NCBI RefSeq assembly: GCF_001194135.2 | Contig: NC_068981.1 | Location: 188,992,340-189,056,339, forward strand | Length of the DNA: 64,000 bases | Origin: Octopus bimaculoides | Lineage: Eukaryota | Reading direction: 5' to 3' | Shown here: positions 1-10,945 of the stretch, piece by piece | How positions within the stretch are numbered: the first letter of the stretch is position 1 | Layout of the letters: each line of letters starts with the position of its first letter | Position numbers and translations under genes: made by a program | The notes under the pieces: generated by a model | What the model was told of the DNA's origin: nothing | Seen by the model: the letters and a program-made list of their open reading frames with translations, nothing else | The model's database searches: none

Positions 1-41
1 AAACATATACACACACATACACATATACATGCATATATACA

Positions 42-179
42 ACGGGCTTCTTTCAGTTTCCGTCAACCAAATTCACTCACAAGGCTTTGGTCGGCCCGAG
101 GCTATAGTAGAAGGTGTCACACAGTGGGACTGAACCCGGAACCATGTGGTTTGTAAGCAAGCTACTTACCACATAGCCA
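42..179 (-). mobile_element. tRNA-derived SINE, family 1 (5' part)
   Basis: Minus strand TGGCTATGTGG (A-box) ... GGTTCAGTCC (B-box) ... GGAAACTGAAAGAAGCCCG; the same sequence recurs many times in the window. Confidence 0.8.
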
Positions 180-1991
180 ATAATGTTTCGTTCACCAACC
201 CAACCTGATTCTTCTTTTCACTGTCTCATCTATTCACTTTCTCAGTCGTGTTGTTTTGCTCATGCAAATATATCATGAAGCAGTGAGGACTTTCTGGCCT
301 TACAAGATGCAAGGCAACCTCACTAATGCTGGTGGCACAATAAAATACACTTGGTAGGCTCTGAAATGTAAATGGCAAATAAGCAAAGATAGTGTAGAGA
401 TGGGAGGACTCTGTAGTGTTGCTGATGTCATGTCAACCACTTTAGAGTTGGTACCACAGTAAAATATAAACAGTTCATTCTGTAATTGGTTGATGATAAA
501 ATAAAGATATATATATATAGCTCTGAGTGAGTATGGAGTTGAAAGCCAAACAATACATTTAATAAAAACAGTTTATTATTTTTATCTTTTTTTCTGAATT
601 ATCAATCTAAAAGATCCTTTTCAAAGATAGCACTACATAAAGGAATACAGAGAGGGAATACAAAGAACAAAATGAAACAGACAGTCAGGCATCTTGTCTA
701 TTTTTTTGAAAGCCCTGAGGGTGGCCTAATATGTAGTTCAAAACAGCAGTCATGGCAACATGTAGAAGTTTTCTGCCAATTAGATGGCAAATTTGTCTTG
801 TTTGTCACTGGTAGCAAAAGCAATTGCTTCAGTAAACAAATACAATGTAACTCGAATTCATCTGGTTTGATACAGTTAGTTTATAGCAGACAGTCTATAG
901 AGATATATTTGAAGCATTGTGACAAGTAACATTTAGATAAATTAAGAAGCCAAACAAGGATCCTTGTGGTTTGAGTCACTGCATGTCGATATCTTTAAAA
1001 ATATTTTTTTTTAATGTAGCATATAGATGTAATTTGTGATGCAGAATCCGAAGGCTAGAGATGGGAGCGATGCCCTTCTTTGCAAATTGCTATACAGACA
1101 CAAAGTGTGTGTCGATAGCCAGCTGGCAAAGATGTTTCCTGGGGCTAAAACAACAATAACATTGTTCTTTATAGCACTGCCACATTCTGTTGGCATATAA
1201 ACATAACAATCTGAATTTGTTATTCATTTATTCCAGAAAAATTTTGCGAAAATGTTACAGGTGTTCAAAGTTTGATAATTTTCGGAATTTTCAGCCAATC
1301 AGAAAACAGTGCATTTGCTGCTTCTTCCATCATCTGTCACAGTAGCGAGAAGTGGAGGGCGGGGCACTGGCATGTCAAAGCATTAGAAATAACAGTGAAA
1401 AATGTTAAAACATACGCGAGCAATTTAAATATTTAAAAGCTACTGCGATGAAAACAAACAATTATGGAACACATGGTAGTTACACTCCTTGTGTGCATGC
1501 ACAGCATCTTTGGTTACTATGGAAACAGAGTTCTTTGCAAACAGTTATGGAACACATGGTGGTTGCACTCCTTGGTTACTATAGAAACAGAGTTCTTGGC
1601 TTACTATGCTAACAGAACTTCAAGGTGATGTGTAAAATACTTGCTTCTGATTAGCTAAAATACCCAAATTTTGCAAACTTTAAGGGCTAATAACTTTTTA
1701 ACTATAAATTTATAGGAAAAATGATTTTCCGTTCCATGATAAGTATACAAAACTTAATCCATATACCAAATTTAAAAACAACTGGAACAAAATTGGAGAT
1801 GGTGATTCAAACCACATAGATCCCCAAACAATGCAAATTAAAGAAAAAGGCATTAGTTTGATTATCTTTTCTGAAATTGTCTATCTTCAAGATCCTTTTT
1901 CAAACAGTATACATATATATATATATAAAATTAACAGAATGAGGTAAAAATCCAAGGCTGTGAAAGATTTCAGAACATTTATAAAGAGAAG

Positions 1992-2039
1992 GTCTTACAG
2001 CTGTTTCCGGGATATTTTACACATCCCTTCATCAGAGAC
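1992..2039 (-). ncRNA. Minimal type-I hammerhead ribozyme motif (family A)
   Basis: Minus strand: GTCT CTGATGA A GGGATGT-GTAAA-ATATCCC G GAA ACAGCTGT A^ AGAC. Intact core, palindromic helix III ACAGCUGU, GUA site. One extra base on each side of helix II. Confidence 0.65.
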
Positions 2040-2477
2040 GGTGCGAGAAAACGGTTAAGCAATAGTTATTGTAGAGAAGATATGAAAAAGAGAGTGAAGT
2101 GGAATAATGAAAACAGATGTTATTGAATCAAGGATTTTTTTGAAGTGACTTAAAAGTTGAGAATGTGTTTGTAAGGTCAAATAAAAATCAGTTTTTTATT
2201 TGACCTTACAAATACATTCCCAACTTTTAAGTTACTTAGAAAAAAAACCCTTGATTCAATAACACCGTGTATAAACTATGCTTGGAATGACCAATTTTAA
2301 ATACTATTGGAACTTACACATAAGGTACAGGAATCTTATATGCATACCATTCCGCTTAAATAATGGAACTGCAGATACAATGTCCCTGCATATCTCACAT
2401 CTGTTTTCATTCCTCAACTTCACTCCCTACTTCATATCTTATCTAGAATAACTATTGCTAAACCGTTTTCTTGCACC

Positions 2478-2525
2478 GTCTCCAATAAAGGGATATATAA
2501 AATATCCTGGAAACAGCTGTAAGGC
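2478..2525 (+). ncRNA. Degenerate hammerhead copy (family A, opposite arm)
   Basis: GTCT CCAATAA AGGGATATATAAAATATCCT G GAA ACAGCTGT A AGGC. Core mutated from CTGATGA to CCAATAA; probably inactive. Confidence 0.5.
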
Positions 2526-2746
2526 CTTCTATTTATAAATGTTCTGAAATCTTTCATAGCCTTGGATTTTTATCTCATTCTGTTAATTTTTTATATATAC
2601 ACATGCTAATATATGATCTACGTTGGACTCCTCATTCGCATAATCACCAAACCTGGAGCTTAACTATAGTCTGTCCATAGCATTTACTCAGCATTACCTG
2701 ACACCTTTGGGTCTTCTTGACACCATTACCTCTCATAACCTATATA

Positions 2747-3248
2747 NNNNNNNNNNNNNNNNNNNNNNNNNNNNNNNNNNNNNNNNNNNNNNNNNNNNNN
2801 NNNNNNNNNNNNNNNNNNNNNNNNNNNNNNNNNNNNNNNNNNNNNNNNNNNNNNNNNNNNNNNNNNNNNNNNNNNNNNNNNNNNNNNNNNNNNNNNNNNN
2901 NNNNNNNNNNNNNNNNNNNNNNNNNNNNNNNNNNNNNNNNNNNNNNNNNNNNNNNNNNNNNNNNNNNNNNNNNNNNNNNNNNNNNNNNNNNNNNNNNNNN
3001 NNNNNNNNNNNNNNNNNNNNNNNNNNNNNNNNNNNNNNNNNNNNNNNNNNNNNNNNNNNNNNNNNNNNNNNNNNNNNNNNNNNNNNNNNNNNNNNNNNNN
3101 NNNNNNNNNNNNNNNNNNNNNNNNNNNNNNNNNNNNNNNNNNNNNNNNNNNNNNNNNNNNNNNNNNNNNNNNNNNNNNNNNNNNNNNNNNNNNNNNNNNN
3201 NNNNNNNNNNNNNNNNNNNNNNNNNNNNNNNNNNNNNNNNNNNNNNNN
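2747..3248. other. Assembly gap (others: 19593-19727, 28906-29005, 29275-29284, 46096-46153, 49198-49246, 56672-56771)
   Basis: Runs of N. Confidence 0.99.
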
Positions 3249-3440
3249 GTGTCTCACCTTGCTAACTATCAGCCATTTTGGCTGATAGTTAGCAAGGTGA
3301 GACACACATAAGAAAGAAGAAGGAAACAAAGGACCACTGATGAGGTCACAGAAGTGTGACGAAAGAACTCTGGCCGAAATAAGATTAAGATTAAGATTAA
3401 TGTAATATAAAGCTGAAAAAAAAAAAAAAAAAAAAATTAA
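3249..3440 (+). mobile_element. Fold-back element with hammerhead, (AAGATT)n and A-run tail, adjacent to an N-gap
   Basis: Perfect 27-bp hairpin (3249-3275 and 3279-3305, loop TTT), hammerhead 3331-3375, AAGATT x3, then an A-run near 3416-3436. Confidence 0.55.
3331..3375 (+). ncRNA. Minimal type-I hammerhead ribozyme motif (family B)
   Basis: GGA CCA CTGATGA G GTCACA-GAAG-TGTGAC GAA AG-AA-CT C^ TGG CC. Intact core, 6-bp helix II, 2-bp helix III, CUC site, helix I CCA/TGG plus GG/CC. Confidence 0.7.
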
Positions 3441-3888
3441 CACCAAATATACAGTGCGTGTGTTTTTATTGGCTAAACTGGCAATATGACCATCCCCAAG
3501 TACAACAACATATATATATATATATATAGGACAAATTCTGGTTTGCATGAGTAAAATAGTGATTAGCATAACGTCACTTTATGATGGAAGAATAAGTATT
3601 ACTTGCCTTCTCATGACTAGTTAATTAACCATGAAACATATCAAGGCAATCCCCTATATTTTTCTCTGTGTATAGGGAGTAACAATTGTTCACAGCAAAT
3701 CCTTTGAAACCTGAAGGTTTTACTGTCTTAGATTTTCTAATTCACATAATTTTGTGAACAACATTATATAATGATTTTTTTAATTCTTAAGTCATTTATT
3801 ATCTTTACAATTTTTATAATATTGCATAAAAACTGAAAATGCTATTTGATTTAAAAACCTCTATAATTTTCTAAATATTCTTTTGTAG

Positions 3889-3990
3889 AGAATTCCGGAG
3901 TCTGCTGATTGACATGGTCTTAGCCACTGACATGTCTTTTCATTTCCAGCAAATCAAAAACATGAAAAGTATGCTGACTTTGACAGAAGG
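3889..3990 (+). CDS. PDE1: PDE1 catalytic-domain exon (first exon visible; the gene starts upstream of the window or in the gap)
   Basis: Acceptor ttttgtag|A and donor GG|gtaagc. Translates EFRSLLIDMVLATDMSFHFQQIKNMKSMLTLTEG, containing the class I PDE LATDMxxH motif. Phase 2 to 2. Confidence 0.93.
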
Positions 3991-4271
3991 GTAAGCATTT
4001 CTGATAACTGAAAATTGTTGTTTTATAAGCATGTTATATGAACTTGTATTACCATAAAGTATAAGAAGCATGCTTATCGGGCAACAACAAAAGATGTGTG
4101 AGAAGAAAGTTAAAAAGGGAACATGGGGACCACACAAAAAAAGGGATTAGTAACACAGGTAAAAAGAAAGAGGGCGAAAGGGAATATATAGTACTCCAAA
4201 GAGATAGAAAGTACAGATGCTGTGTCCAAAGAAGAGGATGCTGTTAATGTGATTGGTGCAATGAGATATTC

Positions 4272-4383
4272 TTTTTTATTTGTCTCAGTCATTTGACTAT
4301 GGCCATGCTGGAGCACCGCTTCTAGTCAAGCAAATTTACCCCAGGACTTATTCTTTGTAAGCCTAGTACTTATTCTATCAGTT
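4272..4383 (-). mobile_element. SINE family 1, 3' half
   Basis: Matches the reverse complement of the 3' part of the 13179-13559 and 49973-50340 copies. Confidence 0.7.
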
Positions 4384-5439
4384 TGTGCATTAAAATTTCT
4401 CTAATGCCGAAATTTGGAACATGCCTCTCCAGGATTTTCCATATGCATATGATAGCATATCTCTCTCACTTCAGTGTTCAAGAGAGTAGAGATACTGTGC
4501 TTTCAGATGTTCCCAGTAATTAAGGCTTTTAACCAAAGTTATTTCTCTGGTGAACATTCTTTGTAACCTTTCAATTTCTTCAATGAGACTGAATGACTTA
4601 GGAGATTACTGTGAGCAGTAATCTAATCTGCTCAGAACTGGGGTTTTCCATAGAGTTAGCTTAACTACTGGTTCTCTTGTCACAAAAGTTTATAGGATCC
4701 ATCCTACATCTGCATTTAAAGGTCAGCTTGATTATGTGGCTAATAAAAGATCATCATTTGACATGATTACTCCTAAGTCCCATATATCATTAGCACTTTG
4801 AATCATTGTGTTACCTTGTGTCAAATATTGTGATTTGTGTGAATTTCCTCCATAATGAAGAATCTGAAATTCTGATAGTCATCTAGTTTTTGTTTGTAAC
4901 GTAATTTTTTCATGCTAATTTTGGTAGTATTGTTAGTTACTAAGGATAATGTCTCATGAGTCACCAAAAATTGCATTCAATACACACAACTCCTCTAGGT
5001 CTTTATACTCTTCCCACACCTCCATTGTTAGTAAACATGATTCATTTGTTATTCTAAACTATTTACATGAGTCTCCTCTCTAAGCCATATCCTTTCCCAC
5101 AGTAATCACCCTCTAAACATTCAACTTCTTTTTTTTTCACCTCTGAATCTAGTCATCATTATCTTGTAAGTATTGAATCAACTGATTATTTCTTTAGACA
5201 ACTCACATCATGTGGCAGTGAGATAGTTTGTATGCTGTCACTTGACCACTTAGAATTAGTAGTCAAATTTCTCTACAATTACATACTAACATCTTAAATG
5301 AAGAAGTACATGCTACATACTGTAGTTGTAGATACAGTGTCCACAAAATTGTGAGATATATTTAAAACCAAGACACCTTTGATGTCAGGTCCGCTTGAGA
5401 TCAGGTTTGTCTAACTTAAACAACCTAGCAAAAACCAAA

Positions 5440-6270
5440 ATCTTAGTAAGCAGGAAAGCAGATAAATCACAAATCCCTCAGGTAGATGGCCCTGCTCAAT
5501 CTATGGGAAAGGTGTAGGGAGAAATTCCATAAGATGTACCTGGTGCAGGGTATGGACACATAAGAGATGCAGCATTATCAGAAGAAGGTTAACTGGGGAA
5601 ATTGTTTTTATGTGTGGAAGGTGCAAAGGTACAACAAACACTAAAAATGTGCAGAAAATAGACTCCATCAAATTCCAGTGGGGATACCTAGTAGTTGGTA
5701 GCTTCTGTTATCTAAGTGACTGTTATCAGTAGCAGAAGTGGGTGCTCTGAGTGTAGCTGTAAGAATAAGAATAAGCTGGGCAAAGTTCAGAGTGCTCCTA
5801 CCACTGTTGGCAACAAAGGGCCTCTCCCTCAGAGTGAAAAGCAAACTGTATTATGCCTGTCTGTAAACAGCTATGCTACTCAGCAGTGAATCACGGACTG
5901 TGACTGCGAAGGACATGTGTAGGCTTGTAAGAAATGAAGCTAGCATTCCTCGCTGGATGTGCAATGTCAGTGTGCATATACAACAGAGGGTAAGCATCTT
6001 GAGAGAAAATAAGAGGCATCAGACTTAGTGTGCAAGATAGACGACTGTGTTGGTATAGTCATGTGATGCATATGCACGAGGACAGCTGTGTAAAGTGCTG
6101 ATCTCTAACTGTGGAGGGAACCTGTGGAAGAGGTAGACCAAAGAAGACATGGGATAAGGTGGTGAAGCATGACCTTTGAACGTTGGGCCTCATGAAGGCA
6201 ATGACTGGTGACTGGGACCTTTGGTGATATGCTGTGCTTGAGAAGACCCATCAAACCAAGTAAAATCATA
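5440..6270 (+). mobile_element. RTE-clade LINE fragment (RT C-terminus with PHD-like finger), decayed
   Basis: Translates RWPCSIYGKGVGRNSIRCTWCRVWTHKRC..., then a degraded F.YL block, RIRISWAKFRVLLPLL, a AMLLSSESRT block and GTCGRGRPK. Frameshifts and stops present. Confidence 0.85.
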
Positions 6271-6552
6271 GTTGTGGCTGATGCCGGTGTCATGCAACTG
6301 ACACCTGTGCCAGTGGTACATAAAGAGCACCTTTTGAGCATTGGGCCTCATGGAGGCAACATGGCCGATGCCGGTGTCATGTAACTAGCACCTGTACTGG
6401 TGGCACAAAAAAAGCACCCATTACACTCTGGTTAGCATTAAGAAGGGCATCGAACTGTAGAAACCTTGCCAAATCAGACTGGAGACTAGTCCTCAGTCAA
6501 ACTGTCCAACCCATGCCAGCATGAAAAGTGGACGTTAAACGATGATGATGGT
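6270..6552 (+). mobile_element. RTE-type 3' UTR and (GAT)n tail
   Basis: Ends CCCATGCCAGCATGAAAAGTGGACGTTAAACGATGATGATG, directly after the RTE ORF fragment. Confidence 0.75.
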
Positions 6553-8153
6553 GAAACAGCCAACTTCACAAAAGCCATCAAGAGAGTCTAATAAAAAGAC
6601 TGCCAAGACTTCCCTAAATCAGACTCTATTTTGAAAAAACAAAAATACATGGACACATTGAATAATGGAGACCTAGATACATTGTATCTGAAGAATTACA
6701 GGCTGGTTAGGCTGGGACATCTTTGATCTCACCAATCAGCACAAACCTAGGGTTAAGCGTCAACAATCCTCTTACAGTAACTCATTTCCCTGTATCACTC
6801 AGTTAACTAGTTAGAGTTCTACCGTTCTGCACTATTTATCAGCAAATATACTTCACCTCTGACCCATCCAAAAATAACACATCATGTGACTGAAGGCATC
6901 GACCACATTCGGATGATGCTTTTTATGTGCCACTGGAATGGGAGCCAGTCAAGGAACACTGGCCACAGCTATGATTTTGGTTTTACTTGACTCAACAGGT
7001 CTTCTCAAGCATATCATATCGCCTGATGCATCAAGGGTACTCTTAAGTGGGCTGGATATGCAGTAGGTAGAAGCTGGTTGAGAACTACTGGTTTAGTAGA
7101 TGATGAAAATATTATGCATAAACGAGAGCTGTTGAGAGTATATTTAGAATAGATAAGTATCTGATATTGTATTTGAAATGTGCTCCACAATATTCAGTTC
7201 TCAATCTACCCAAATCCAGCCTTCAAATATCAATACAAGACAAGGAGTAATTGATAAGGTTTTTCTTTCCCTTTCAGTAAGTGAAACTCTCATTTCGGAA
7301 GTTACATAATAAATGCAAAATTATGCAATTTGAAAGTAATAAGTAACTGAATTACAAAATTGCATTCAATCTGAGAGATGAGGTATGTTCAGGACTTCTT
7401 TCATTTAAGAAGCAAAAAAGAGAAGCTGTTTTCTTAGTTTAGAAGAAAATCAATACAGTTGATACAATGCAACTAATATTGAATAGATGCATTTTTTTAG
7501 TTTACTTACATTAAACCACTTCCTTCAATGTGTTGTGTTCTATCGCAAATTCATGTCTTGGTGATCTAGATATTAAAAAATACAGAGAATATTTTTGCCT
7601 TTGTTGATCATAAGAGATTATTTGTCCTTCTTATTGGATTCTATAATGTACACATAAGAAGCATTGTGCTGTTTGATGACATTTCTGAGATAAGTTATTA
7701 CTAGGCAAGTTTATTGACCACACTATACATTATTATGATTTTTATATATATTTTTTCAACCTCTATTTTGATTATACTGATAATTTTCAATGGCATTTTT
7801 ATTCACAAGCACACACACATCATGGTTTGGTTGTGTCTCTCAGGAGTTGAAATTGCTTTTTATCTATAGTTTGTTGCATGGCAGCAATAGCGTGCAGTTT
7901 GTAATCAATATCAGAGCCCAGACCCTTTGACAAGGCTGACTCTATTCTAAGGCTTAATATTAGAATAGATCTCATGTTAACCCTTATGTAACAGGAGAAG
8001 CTTACAAAATGTATTAACTATACAGGGATCTACATAACCCTCAGCTATCTAGATCCATATACTTAATGAGGTTATCTACAGGAATAGATCCGGTTAATTA
8101 CAGATTTGGGAATAAGAATTTTGGTTATATATATGTGTGTATGTGTATGTGTA

Positions 8154-8188
<35 letters not shown>

Positions 8189-9900
8189 GTGTGTGTGTGT
8201 GTGCAGATAGTGACTCAAGGTAGACGTGACCATTTGTGTATATTTATTATAGTGTAATTACTGTTGTCACTGGAAAGTATATAAAATATGATCCAGTTAA
8301 TACATATATACTGATTCAGTAAAACAGGTATTTAGTAAATAGCTATTGTGATATGAAAATGAAGACTGGTAATTGGTTTCAATGTTTGTAATTGATAGCA
8401 AAACATCTCGGCTGATGTAGTTCTGATCCTAAGAGATTTAGTACTGATAGTGGTGAGGTAGCAGCTGCCAATATGCCATTTTGTAGACTTATCCTCACAT
8501 ACAATGATTAATTTTATTACATTAGTTTGTCAGGAAAAACAGAGCCTAAGGTCAAAGAACCATTTGCTGAAATAGAGAGTAGGATTATTTGATTATCAGT
8601 GAAGACAGAAATAAGTTGATAAGGTTGGTATAGTTAATTATCAGTCAAGGCAGAAGTAAGTTAATAATGTGTCATATAATTTTCTTTAATGGACAAAAAA
8701 GATGTATATGGGTGAGAAGCTGTGCTTAGAGCTACATGACTGAAACTAAGTGTTTTTCTGTACTCTATTGTACTTAATACAGCAATGAACCAAAAACAAA
8801 CCATTTAATCCCCCCGCTTTTTTTTTTTTTACTTTAAGCATATTTGATTGAAAGATGGAGGTAAAAACAAAAGAGATCAAAGAATCACAATACACATTTC
8901 TAAAGAGGAAAACGATTTGACAAAATGATCTTGGTTTAGTATTAAGTTAAGTATGGCTGTGAGTATAAGATGGAGTATGAGAGAATGTTTTGCAGGTATG
9001 TTTAACACAAAGTTGAAAACATGCAAAGAAGTGGTCAAGACATTACTGTAGAGACAGTATGAATGTCAAGCTTAGAATTGCTGGTTTGGATGCTTGAGAG
9101 AGATGGGCATTTCTTGACATAGGACAAGTATTGTACCAAGTGCTCACACAAAGGTCATGACAAACTTCAAAACTAGATTGTCACTTTTCAGAATACTTTG
9201 TCTTTTATTGAAATTTCCCATTTATTTCCTTCAATGCTTTTGGCAGTAATATTGCACTTCAGCATGTCTTTGAAATGGAGCTTTTGAAGCCAAAACTAAG
9301 TACAAATGCTAACTTACCACAGACAATATTTTAAAAAAATAATCATCAGACATGAAGTATACCATAATGAAGCAGCTAATGTTGATAAAATGTCAGTAAT
9401 TGAACAATGCTAAAGCAAGTTTAATGCAAAAAAAGAAACTTTCTTCAATAGAATATCAAGTATTACAAATTAATATAAAAATGTAACCAAATATCAGGGT
9501 ATTTCAGTGAAATATTTCTCAAATACCAATGTGGTTGGGTGAGATTTTATTAAAAGCAACAGTATTTAGAATGTATACATATATCATGATCATCATTTAA
9601 CATCTGTTGTCTATGCCGGAAAGGGCTGGATGGTATGTATCTGTCAAATAAATGAGAATGGAGTGCTCAAAACATGTTGTAGAAGATATGGTTTTTATTA
9701 CAACTGAGAGTGAGACATTTTCTTGTGACTAAAGTTCAACTCTATTGTGATTCCATCTGAAGATCACAGTGGCATGAAACTCAGGTAGTAAGACACCTTT
9801 GAGTTTCAATAAAAATTATATGCATATAATATATATATATATATATATTTATATATACATTTATTTATTACAAAATGTTTCTAAATAATTATCTTTACAG

Positions 9901-10021
9901 CATTGAAAAATCTAAAGCCCTATCGCTTGTGTTGCACTGTGCTGACATCAGCCATCCAGCCAAAGAATGGTGTATGCATAAGAAATGGACAGATTTGCTT
10001 CTTGAAGAATTCTTTAGGCAG
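9901..10021 (+). CDS. PDE1: PDE1 catalytic-domain exon
   Basis: tttacag|C ... CAG|gtaagt. Translates IEKSKALSLVLHCADISHPAKEWCMHKKWTDLLLEEFFRQ (HxADISHP motif typical of PDE1). Phase 2 to 0. Confidence 0.97.
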
Positions 10022-10110
10022 GTAAGTATCATAAAGACAAAGTGTTCAATTTCCATATACCAATGAACCAAATTTCTAAAATTTAACATTATTTGTTTTT
10101 TTCTATCCAG

Positions 10111-10192
10111 GGTGACAGAGAAAAAGAACTAGGTCTGCCATTTTCCCCACTCTGTGATCGAAAAGCTACACTAGTTGCAGAATCCCAAATTG
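10111..10192 (+). CDS. PDE1: PDE1 catalytic-domain exon
   Basis: tatccag|GGT ... ATTG|gttagt. Translates GDREKELGLPFSPLCDRKATLVAESQI, including the invariant substrate Gln. Phase 0 to 1. Confidence 0.97.
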
Positions 10193-10364
10193 GTTAGTTT
10201 ATACTATATTTAAATTTAACATCTGTGAATTAACATTTTACAATATCCATAACAATAAAAGGATGTATTAAATGTATTAGTGATGAATATTTAAAATTAA
10301 TGTTAACTATATATATATATATGTGTATGTGTGTATAAAATGTTTATAACTATTCTTCCTACAG

Positions 10365-10577
10365 GATTTATAGAGTTCATTGTTGACCCAAGTTTTACAG
10401 TTATGGGTGATGTCTTACAAAAGATAATATATCAAGTGAATCAGTCTATATATGCATGTACTCCAGCAAAAGTAGATGAAGTTATTTCAGAGGAAGTTTT
10501 TGAAAGAGCAGATTCTGTGAGCCCACGTTTAGAAAATATTAGCAATAACAGCCGTCCGAGTGCTAAACAATCAAGTG
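10365..10577 (+). CDS. PDE1: PDE1 exon: end of catalytic core plus Ser-rich linker
   Basis: cctacag|GA ... AGTG|gtatgt. Translates (G)FIEFIVDPSFTVMGDVLQKIIYQ...RPSAKQSS; QIGFIEFIV continues from the previous exon. Phase 1 to 1. Confidence 0.95.
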
Positions 10578-10671
10578 GTATGTATATAATTTGTTTATTT
10601 CATTAGTTTGTTTCAAATTCTTCTAAAACACTGCAGATGATCAGCTACATTAATAAATTTCCAACAGTCAT

Positions 10672-10945
10672 CATCATTATTATTTAACGTCCACTTTCCA
10701 TGCTGGCATGGGTTAGACGATTTGATTGAGGACTGGTGAGCCAGAAGGCTGCACCAGCCTCCAATCTGATCTGGCAAAGTTTCTACAGCTGGACGCCCTT
10801 CCTAATGCCAAACCACTCTGAGAGTGTAGTGGGTGCTTTTACGTGCCACTGGCATGAGGACCAGTCAGGCGGTACTGGCAATGACCATGCTCAAAGAGCG
10901 TTTTTTATGTACCACCTGCATGAGAGCCAGTCCAGTGGCACTGGC
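10672..10945 (-). mobile_element. RTE-type 3' UTR/tail copy
   Basis: CATCATCATT...TTTAACGTCCACTTTCCATGCTGGCATGGGTT, the reverse of the tail at 6510-6552. Confidence 0.75.

Larger units (their letters stand above)
1921..2598. mobile_element. Nested inverted-repeat element, probable Penelope-like (pLTR) remnant
   Basis: Outer arms ~1921-2120 and ~2397-2598 are reverse complements; inner hairpin 2118-2264. Both outer arms carry hammerhead motifs. Penelope assignment is inferred from architecture; no ORF seen. Confidence 0.6.

Noticed and set aside
672-1196. ORFs 672-929 and 1011-1196 as an upstream PDE1 exon or transposase remnant
   Set aside because: No PDE motif, no convincing splice pair and no recognisable DDE or GIY-YIG motif.
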